64,000 bases of DNA from a virus, in IMG/VR virus record IMGVR_UViG_3300034072_000373, positions 12,030 to 76,029 of that record. One strand, written 5' to 3'. The position numbers were made by a program, and so were the translations under genes. The notes under the pieces were generated by a model that worked only from the letters and a program-made list of their open reading frames with translations, did not search any database and had not been told where the DNA came from. Positions within the stretch are counted from its first letter, which is position 1. Every line of letters begins with the position of its first letter. Below are positions 58,016-64,000 of the stretch, one piece after another.

Positions 58016-58337
58016 AACTCAGAATCTCAACAGGAAGATTGTGCGGCTATAAGCCATCCTGTTAACCGGCTCTGATACCGGATCGGGTAACGGGGGTTTC
58101 CATTTCCATCCCATTGGCTCTTACGAACCAAACGAAACAAATATTTCTACCTAAGTTACATTGGGCTTCTCACCCCTTTGCTCCGTTCTCGGAGCATCTG
58201 AAATGAGTCCGGGGACTCGAAGACTCAGATGCTTCAATTGGTCGAGGACACCAATTCGCTTGACGGACCAGCCCGGTCAGACTTTGGGCCTGTCCTAGTT
58301 CACTCATTGTGAGCGAACCCAAAAAACATACGGCTGA

Positions 58338-58880
58338 TTACGCAGTAACGTTGATCGTAACGGAATCAGTCATACCGGAATCAAGCACGGTAATTTCAAC
58401 CGTGGTGGTTCCAATCTTCTTTGGCACGATTGCACCAGTCTTATCGACTTCAGCAATAAGTGAATCTGCACTGACCAGCTTCACATCCTTCTTCGTGGCT
58501 CCAGCAGGGGAGACAGTGAAGACAGGGTGGAATGCACCAGTTGCAAGGGAGATATCGTATGAGGTGGCACCAAATTCAACACCAGTGCTACGCACATAGG
58601 TTTCATCAATGATAGTCACCTTCGCCATATCGGTGATATTATCAGGCCACTGAAGATCACTGGTGGCAACTGAACCATCGACATTGGATACCTTATAGAG
58701 AATATCCCGGACATGCTGATAAAGCACATGGCTCAGATCAGCATGATAACCGAACTCTTCATCAGTGGGACCATGAGAGAACTTACCGATGATTTCAGAA
58801 CCACCGGGAGCAATAGCACCGTCAACCTGAACAGTTGCAGTGCGTGTATCGAAATTGAAGGCTACCTGAAAATCTGCCAT
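58338..58880 (-). CDS. Ig-like (Big_2) capsid decoration protein (N4 gp17-like position)
   Basis: TVSPAGATKKDV...S....AEVD..G.I.....GTTTVEIT..D; start MADFQ after AAGGA; follows RNAP2. Confidence 0.78.
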   Translation of the reverse strand: MADFQVAFNFDTRTATVQVDGAIAPGGSEIIGKFSHGPTDEEFGYHADLSHVLYQHVRDILYKVSNVDGSVATSDLQWPDNITDMAKVTIIDETYVRSTGVEFGATSYDISLATGAFHPVFTVSPAGATKKDVKLVSADSLIAEVDKTGAIVPKKIGTTTVEITVLDSGMTDSVTINVTA

Positions 58881-58893
58881 CTTGACTATCCTT

Positions 58894-58930
58894 AAAAAAA
58901 TACGGCCAACAGGGGAATACCCTGTTGGCC
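58894..58930 (-). terminator. Terminator after RNAP2
   Basis: GGCCAACAGGG-TATTC-CCCTGTTGGCC-GTA-TTTTTTT. Confidence 0.85.
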
Positions 58931-58945
58931 ACATATATAGAATAA

Positions 58946-60172
58946 TTAACTTAAAGCATACTCTGCATTCAGAATCTCATCAGCCATGGTGGGATCAAGC
59001 TTTTCAGTCTTGATTTCCCGACCAGTGATCTGGCTGAGAATGTAATCGAGCATCTTGCTCTTGCCGATGAGGTGAAGCTGCATATTGTATTGACGACGAA
59101 TCTCGTTACCATAATTGGGATGGACACGGAAACAGTCATGCACAGCGATCACCTTGAATGGCTTCTTAGCGAAGCTGTTAAGCAACTCCCTAATGACCGC
59201 AACATCCACCAGATGGATATTATCGGCATTCAGATGATCAACGATCCGGGCAGAGAGATACCCGGATTGCTCGTAATGGTTCCAGAGGGTAGCAACGAGC
59301 TTGTCGTTATAAGTGAGGCTACGCTCTACGGTCTGCCCCTTAACGGGTAGTTCCAGCAGTCCCTTAACGAACAGCAGTCGAGCAGGATCATAGTCACAAC
59401 GACGAGTGATTTCACGAACCACCATGCCGTCAATGCTATGAACCATGTTGGGTCCAAGTGAACGGCCAGTTTCAGTCGGTGCATTCTCCTTGAAGAACAC
59501 ATCGAAAGGCTCATTCAAGAAGTGAACCTTCTCAGTGAAAGTGTTCATGACCTTGCACTTCACATGGAAGTTATCAGGCAGAACCCAATCATTGGAGAGA
59601 GCTTCAGGATTCCAGAAGTTCACCATAGCTTCGTTCAAGTCCCATGCTGCGGGGGCAACATACTGCATAATCTCATAGAAGAGATCAAGCAGCGGACCTT
59701 CACCGAAGATTTCCTTGGGTTGAGCCTGTGAGCCGTAGAGAGCAGTCATGATTGCTTTCTTGACATCATCACGCTTGATCTTGGACTTTTCACCCAAGAC
59801 ACTAAGCATGAGATTGTAGATGACAGTATAGCCATCCATACGTTGTGCTACAGCTTTGTCGCTGAAGTCGAGGATGACATTGCAGAGCTTTGCAGCAGAA
59901 CGATCACCAGTGAGACAGGCGAGCAATTGCATACCTGAAGCAGTAGCGTCCAAGCTGATCATATAACCGCTTGGACGCTTTGCGAGGTAGTCTTCATATG
60001 CTTTGATACCAGCATAGAAGAGTGCAGGCTCATCAGCTTCTTGAACCAGATTGTGAAGATTGTTCTTATTGTCATTGAACCAATCGAGACGCTCATTCCA
60101 AGTCAGTTTGTCCAGACCGAAATTGTTAGCAATGTCGATCATGAGATACTGAGAAGCGGTGAATTCCTGCAT
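58946..60172 (-). CDS. RNA polymerase II subunit 2 (N4 gp16-like)
   Basis: SLDATASGMQ (A), RDDVKKAIMTALYGS (B), PNMVHSIDG and VHDCF (C). Confidence 0.92.
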   Translation of the reverse strand: MQEFTASQYLMIDIANNFGLDKLTWNERLDWFNDNKNNLHNLVQEADEPALFYAGIKAYEDYLAKRPSGYMISLDATASGMQLLACLTGDRSAAKLCNVILDFSDKAVAQRMDGYTVIYNLMLSVLGEKSKIKRDDVKKAIMTALYGSQAQPKEIFGEGPLLDLFYEIMQYVAPAAWDLNEAMVNFWNPEALSNDWVLPDNFHVKCKVMNTFTEKVHFLNEPFDVFFKENAPTETGRSLGPNMVHSIDGMVVREITRRCDYDPARLLFVKGLLELPVKGQTVERSLTYNDKLVATLWNHYEQSGYLSARIVDHLNADNIHLVDVAVIRELLNSFAKKPFKVIAVHDCFRVHPNYGNEIRRQYNMQLHLIGKSKMLDYILSQITGREIKTEKLDPTMADEILNAEYALS

Positions 60173-60182
60173 TTTGGTTCCC

Positions 60183-60371
60183 TTACTTTATGAGTTCTCG
60201 AAGCTTCAGGATTACATCCTGTGGCTGGCCAAGCTTTACGACAGAACGAGGCACACCATTTGCATTGGTGTTCACTGCATACAGTGTGTTGTCACGTTCC
60301 AGATGGAGTTCCTCAAACTTTGCAAGCTTGAGCACCTTGGTTCCATCTTCTCTAAATGTGATATCCGTCAT
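60183..60371 (-). CDS. Hypothetical protein
   Basis: GGAG RBS, small ORF. Confidence 0.6.
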   Translation of the reverse strand: MTDITFREDGTKVLKLAKFEELHLERDNTLYAVNTNANGVPRSVVKLGQPQDVILKLRELIK

Positions 60372-60741
60372 AATAATTCTCCGTCCAATGCACGTTCTTT
60401 ATTCCAAAGGCCGTTATGGCCCGGAAACACCCATTACAGGGTTTGGCTAACATAGGTAAGCCTGAACGATTTACTCTTGCAATGAACATCGACATGCCTT
60501 CGACAGATTGTCGGGCATTTACTATGGCAGCTATTTCAGCGTGAATCTTCAGAGCATGAACATTCTTCTGAAACTGTTTGGCTAGAGGATGGGTCTTGTG
60601 ACTGTTCAAGCCAATCGAAATGAGTCTGTTGCGATCATAAATGACCGCTGCCATCTTGGACAGACCCTCAATCGGATTGGCTTGTGCAGCTTTGATTGCT
60701 GTGAGCAGCTTAGGCGAGATTACCACTTTTCGTGGTTCCAT
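60352..60741 (-). CDS. Zn-dependent cytidine/dCMP deaminase-fold protein
   Basis: IHAEIAAI and AKPCNGC motifs. Confidence 0.8.
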   Translation of the reverse strand: MEPRKVVISPKLLTAIKAAQANPIEGLSKMAAVIYDRNRLISIGLNSHKTHPLAKQFQKNVHALKIHAEIAAIVNARQSVEGMSMFIARVNRSGLPMLAKPCNGCFRAITAFGIKNVHWTENYYDGYHI

Positions 60742-60916
60742 TACCGACAGGCAGATCGGACTTGTCCATATCCTTGTAGTCGGTGATCAGTTTGGAATAT
60801 GCCAATGCCTGAGCATAGTCATCGAATTGTTCGATGCCAGTTTGTATCTTGTTGTCATCAAAGTAGATGATCGACCAGATGCCGAAGACAAGTCGGAGAC
60901 GAAAATAGCCCTTCAT
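60710..60916 (-). CDS. Hypothetical protein
   Basis: AAGGA RBS, TAATG coupling. Confidence 0.55.
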   Translation of the reverse strand: MKGYFRLRLVFGIWSIIYFDDNKIQTGIEQFDDYAQALAYSKLITDYKDMDKSDLPVGNGTTKSGNLA

Positions 60917-61050
60917 TATGATTTCCTTGCATCGGAGAGAAGTTTTTCTGCTTCAGCACATGCTTCAGCAAATTCTTCGGTGTAATAAGGATCATTCACC
61001 AAAGATTCGAGAACCTTATAAGGAACTGCAATATATCGCTCTTCTTCCAT
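60916..61050 (-). CDS. 44-aa acidic protein (not in ORF track)
   Basis: MEEERYIAVPYKVLESLVNDPYYTEEFAEACAEAEKLLSDARKS*; AGGGTG RBS. Confidence 0.55.
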   Translation of the reverse strand: MEEERYIAVPYKVLESLVNDPYYTEEFAEACAEAEKLLSDARKS

Positions 61051-61097
61051 GGTTCACCCTACCGTAAATTGAGCCAGAGTAACGAGATTGACGCTCT

Positions 61098-61292
61098 TCA
61101 TAGCATTATCCCATACATACGCTGCTTTTCATTAAAGCGCTCAGGTAGATAGGTTTTGGGATCAGTTGCATCACAGTAACCAATATCCACATCTTGCTCA
61201 GGAGTTTCTCCGAGAAGAACCAAGCGATTATCGCCAGTCACAGCAAGTTTACAAAAAGGAATGACGTAAGCGCATTGAATGTCAATCTTCAA
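61098..61292 (-). CDS. Hypothetical protein
   Basis: GGAGG RBS. Confidence 0.55.
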   Translation of the reverse strand: MKIDIQCAYVIPFCKLAVTGDNRLVLLGETPEQDVDIGYCDATDPKTYLPERFNEKQRMYGIML

Positions 61293-61491
61293 AGCCAGTC
61301 CTCCTTATAGTCTGACTGTTGTAGTTGACCCATGCACTGATGCCGCAGACTGGACAGTCAACATACTGGACAGCAAACATGGTGGTTGATGGTTCAAAAG
61401 GTTTGTGACCACAAGGAGGTGTGACCCTCCAACGATTGGTTCTATAGTCTGAAGACAGACCAAGATGTTGAAGAGTCCATTCTCTCGTCAT
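61282..61491 (-). CDS. Zinc-ribbon hypothetical protein
   Basis: CGH...CPVC; ATGA overlap with RNAP1. Confidence 0.6.
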   Translation of the reverse strand: MTREWTLQHLGLSSDYRTNRWRVTPPCGHKPFEPSTTMFAVQYVDCPVCGISAWVNYNSQTIRRTGFED

Positions 61492-62306
61492 TCGATGATC
61501 TCCTTATCAGCAAGCTCAACGACTGCCTTATTCCATGCTGTGCCTTGATAGTTCACATGATAGCCCTGACAGTAGATACGACCACGCTTGTCATACTTAT
61601 GGGTGAGATAGAACTCATTCCCACATGTATCCAAGGTGTCGATGACCTCCTTAGAGACTCGGTTATACTTATCGAATGCACGCTTACGAGCATCGAAAGA
61701 TTCCACCGATTCACCGGGCTTAGCCTTATCAAGATTACGCCACTCATTCTTAATCATGGAGGCAGTATCTTGATTGATGGTCAGCTTGATCTTGTTCATG
61801 CGATTCAAGTGATCGAGACACACATCACCATCATGATGGTTATTCCGAAGAATAACACTACCTTGGTTTGTGATATAACCAGTGTCACGATTGGACTTGA
61901 TCTTCCTTGGTTCAACCACCATCGGGAGCGGATATTGATAGGTATCAATCTCACGCTGCACATCTTTCGATATGGTGTAGCGAACAATGAACAGACGATA
62001 CTGAGGATTCCAATCCAGCACATCATGCTGTGCAGCCTTGAGAATCATATCGACAGTCTGCTGACTGTCTTTGAAATGATGGCGAAGAAGACCAACCAAT
62101 GTTGGTAGGTTGGTCCTCTTATAGATTGCCATCTGAGTGAGAATGTCGAAGCCAAATGCTACAGGAATCTCAATCTCATTGAACCAGTCAATGAAGTTGA
62201 ACTCCTTGCAGTTAATGAACTCCGACTTCACACGAGGGATAAGTTGATTCTTGTTGAAGAGCTTTTCCAAGTCGATCTGGGTATTAATATCCACACGCTC
62301 ATTCAT
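61488..62306 (-). CDS. RNA polymerase II subunit 1 (N4 gp15-like)
   Basis: YQYPLPMVVEP, FYLTHKYDKRGRIYCQGYHVNYQG (DxRGR motif). Confidence 0.92.
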   Translation of the reverse strand: MNERVDINTQIDLEKLFNKNQLIPRVKSEFINCKEFNFIDWFNEIEIPVAFGFDILTQMAIYKRTNLPTLVGLLRHHFKDSQQTVDMILKAAQHDVLDWNPQYRLFIVRYTISKDVQREIDTYQYPLPMVVEPRKIKSNRDTGYITNQGSVILRNNHHDGDVCLDHLNRMNKIKLTINQDTASMIKNEWRNLDKAKPGESVESFDARKRAFDKYNRVSKEVIDTLDTCGNEFYLTHKYDKRGRIYCQGYHVNYQGTAWNKAVVELADKEIIE

Positions 62307-62332
62307 GAATCTTATCCTTCTTATTTATTGGT

Positions 62333-62446
62333 TCAATCTTCAAAAATAATCTTACACAGTATGACTGTGAGGATTATTATAATGATTGTGAATATTACCG
62401 CGAAGACGGGTAGATAACCGGGAGTATAAAATACCTGTTCTTCCAT
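62333..62446 (-). CDS. 37-aa single-TM peptide (not in ORF track)
   Basis: MEEQVFYTPGYLPVFAVIFTIIIIILTVILCKIIFED*; TAAGGA RBS. Confidence 0.55.
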   Translation of the reverse strand: MEEQVFYTPGYLPVFAVIFTIIIIILTVILCKIIFED

Positions 62447-62457
62447 ATACCCAATCC

Positions 62458-62547
62458 TTATCTACTGATTACCAAGCCGAATACGAGAACGCATACGGCT
62501 ATGAGGAATGTGATACATTCCATTGCAGTGGTGATGATCTCAACCAT
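62458..62547 (-). CDS. 29-aa single-TM peptide (not in ORF track)
   Basis: MVEIITTAMECITFLIAVCVLVFGLVISR*; fills the gap between neighbours. Confidence 0.5.
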   Translation of the reverse strand: MVEIITTAMECITFLIAVCVLVFGLVISR

Positions 62548-62550
62548 TTG

Positions 62551-62724
62551 TTAAGTCTTCCATGGAAGCAGTTGATGCTCCACTTGCCATTCGGCTAACT
62601 TTCTGTTGACCTCATTAATCTCTGCAAGAGTCATAGGCACAGTCACCATGATTTGAGTAATCATGTCGACTTTAATGCGCCTACCACTATCGAGTGTCAC
62701 GAAGACTGTTCCAAGCTCAACCAT
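62551..62724 (-). CDS. 57-aa hypothetical protein (not in ORF track)
   Basis: MVELGTVFVTLDSGRRIKVDM...; TGATG coupling. Confidence 0.55.
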   Translation of the reverse strand: MVELGTVFVTLDSGRRIKVDMITQIMVTVPMTLAEINEVNRKLAEWQVEHQLLPWKT

Positions 62725-62969
62725 CAGTCATTGATCCTAGGACCACGTTCCACACGATTCATCATGATGAGGCGTGCTACATGATTGTTATCACTGAAAT
62801 TCAGAGTGTCTGTGATTTCCTCATTGGTCTTGCCCAGCTTTGCCATGCACTTGATGGCATACATCCGTGCAGTGAGGAACTGTGACCACCAGTTGTAGGA
62901 CTCTGCCTCTTCCATGGTGACTTGGCGAAGACGTTCTTCCTCTTCTGCCCTACGCTTTGCTTCACCCAT
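62724..62969 (-). CDS. Small HTH-like protein
   Basis: MGEAKRR start; LGKTNEEITDTLNF; AAGGA RBS. Confidence 0.6.
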   Translation of the reverse strand: MGEAKRRAEEEERLRQVTMEEAESYNWWSQFLTARMYAIKCMAKLGKTNEEITDTLNFSDNNHVARLIMMNRVERGPRIND

Positions 62970-63014
62970 GTCTTATTCCTTCCACTATTGTATATATGAG
63001 GATGTGAAACACCA

Positions 63015-63031
63015 CACAGCCGAAGGCTGTG
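63015..63031. promoter_or_regulatory. Intergenic hairpin: candidate vRNAP promoter (template C-GAA-G triloop) or UUCG RNA hairpin
   Basis: CACAGCC-GAA-GGCTGTG on the + (template) strand. Confidence 0.4.
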
Positions 63032-63041
63032 AGGGATGATC

Positions 63042-63452
63042 TTATCCCTCACCCCAATACTGACGCTTTTCGCCTATATCAGTCATGTTGCCCAACCAAT
63101 GTTGCCACTTCAAATCGAAGTAGCAATTGAATGGTGCTGCATGGAATAGATTTGCCATGTCCTCATGTTTCAGTCCTGCCAGACCACAACCGATACATGT
63201 CACCTGAAAGTTAAGATGACTGTTCTCGATTGCATACTGGATGAACCTATCGACATAGCGTTTGATATCGCCCATAGCGAGCGTGTGACGTATCTGACGA
63301 TCCTTGGTAGGGATTGCATAGCATTGGCCCATTGGGCCTTCAGATTGTCCCCAGACGGCTCCACGATGAAGACGTGCAAATGCTGCTGCACCTGCACCGT
63401 GGATACCACCTTCATTCGATCCGAACACAAACACCATTGCGTTAGTATTCAT
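63042..63452 (-). CDS. Macrodomain-like phage protein (FVFGSN..G.HG.GAA family)
   Basis: VFVFGSNEGGIHGAGAA, YAIPTK, VTCIGCGLAG. Confidence 0.75.
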   Translation of the reverse strand: MNTNAMVFVFGSNEGGIHGAGAAAFARLHRGAVWGQSEGPMGQCYAIPTKDRQIRHTLAMGDIKRYVDRFIQYAIENSHLNFQVTCIGCGLAGLKHEDMANLFHAAPFNCYFDLKWQHWLGNMTDIGEKRQYWGEG

Positions 63453-63643
63453 CAGAACCACCTGTAAATGAAATCAACCGTCCAGCCGATAGCTGCACCG
63501 ATGATTGCCCAGAAGATCAGGCGGTAGATCACTGCTTCCCAGATGATTCCGTTGCCACGCTTACGGATAGCAGTCATCTGAGCGAGTAGGAACATCACGT
63601 TGAGTAGGGTGATAATCCCTACAGAGATAAGAATGGTATTCAT
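63452..63643 (-). CDS. Two-TM membrane protein
   Basis: Two hydrophobic helices; coupled overlaps. Confidence 0.6.
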   Translation of the reverse strand: MNTILISVGIITLLNVMFLLAQMTAIRKRGNGIIWEAVIYRLIFWAIIGAAIGWTVDFIYRWF

Positions 63644-63849
63644 GCTGATTGTGGTCCCTCTGTTGGTTTGAATGGTTTGCGATATTCTCGCTGGAGCCGT
63701 GCTTGAGTAGCACGGTGTTCAAAGAACTTACGCCCATCGAGAACATTAGGAGCCGAGGCAATTGAATCATTACGCTCTTTCCTATCGAGGCTCTTCATAG
63801 CCTTGGCTCTCTCAATACGAGAGGCCATTGGCACTGGTTCATCAGACAT
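63640..63849 (-). CDS. Hypothetical protein
   Basis: Start MSDEP via TAATG coupling. Confidence 0.55.
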   Translation of the reverse strand: MSDEPVPMASRIERAKAMKSLDRKERNDSIASAPNVLDGRKFFEHRATQARLQREYRKPFKPTEGPQSA

Positions 63850-63944
63850 TAGCCTATCCAATATGCTAAAGAGAAGAATGCGACGAGAACCAAGAAGGTG
63901 AAACACCCATCAGGTTCTGGATCGTAATCAGTGGTCAGTGCCAT
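63849..63944 (-). CDS. 31-aa single-TM peptide (not in ORF track)
   Basis: MALTTDYDPEPDGCFTFLVLVAFFSLAYWIG*; GAGGGA RBS. Confidence 0.5.
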   Translation of the reverse strand: MALTTDYDPEPDGCFTFLVLVAFFSLAYWIG

Positions 63945-64000
63945 TGGCAATTCCCTCAATGATTCTCATGCAAGCATGAGCATGTGTGATCCAAGGATCA

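Larger units (their letters stand above)
57166..58323 (-). ncRNA. ~1.15 kb array of structured RNA modules, or one large ornate ncRNA
   Basis: No credible ORF; more than 10 closed stems, GNRA loops and G.U pairs that favour the - strand, complementary loop pairs. Confidence 0.65.

Noticed and set aside
55984-58337. CRISPR array or group I/II intron as an explanation of the island
   Set aside because: No regularly spaced direct repeats, no interrupted host gene, and no recognisable P7 or domain V motif or intron ORF.
62346-62378. ATAATC..CACAGT-ATG-ACTGTG..GATTAT hairpin as a vRNAP promoter
   Set aside because: The loop is not a C-G-closed GNA, and it lies inside a plausible 37-aa ORF; similarity to the 63015 hairpin may be chance.

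Overview
This window is most of the genome of an N4-like lytic phage (Schitoviridae architecture). The + strand (1-24282) carries late genes: lysis genes, portal, major capsid, virion proteins and a ~3455-aa cysteine-free virion RNA polymerase. The - strand (24324-64000) carries middle/early genes: SSB, primase, family A DNA polymerase, helicase, rIIA/rIIB, ThyX, dCTP deaminase, thioredoxin, an ATPase/vWA pair and the two-subunit RNAP II. Two large fibre/spike genes are inserted in the replication block. The most unusual part is a ~2.3 kb almost ORF-free island (55984-58337) whose - strand reads as a tandem array of structured RNA modules. It contains a circularly permuted, alphaproteobacterial-type tmRNA with tag (A)VNDNDVVSDYRMAA, a canonical type I hammerhead ribozyme just 3' of it, a permuted tRNA-like element with a looped-shut acceptor stem, and several kissing-loop/GNRA-capped modules. 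Directly downstream is a likely programmed -1 frameshift fusing a Met-rich protein to a HIRAN-like domain. A 50-codon ORF also appears overprinted inside the vRNAP gene. The permuted tmRNA suggests an alphaproteobacterial host. All calls come from manual reading; no database searches were run, and N4 gp numbers are positional/recalled equivalences.
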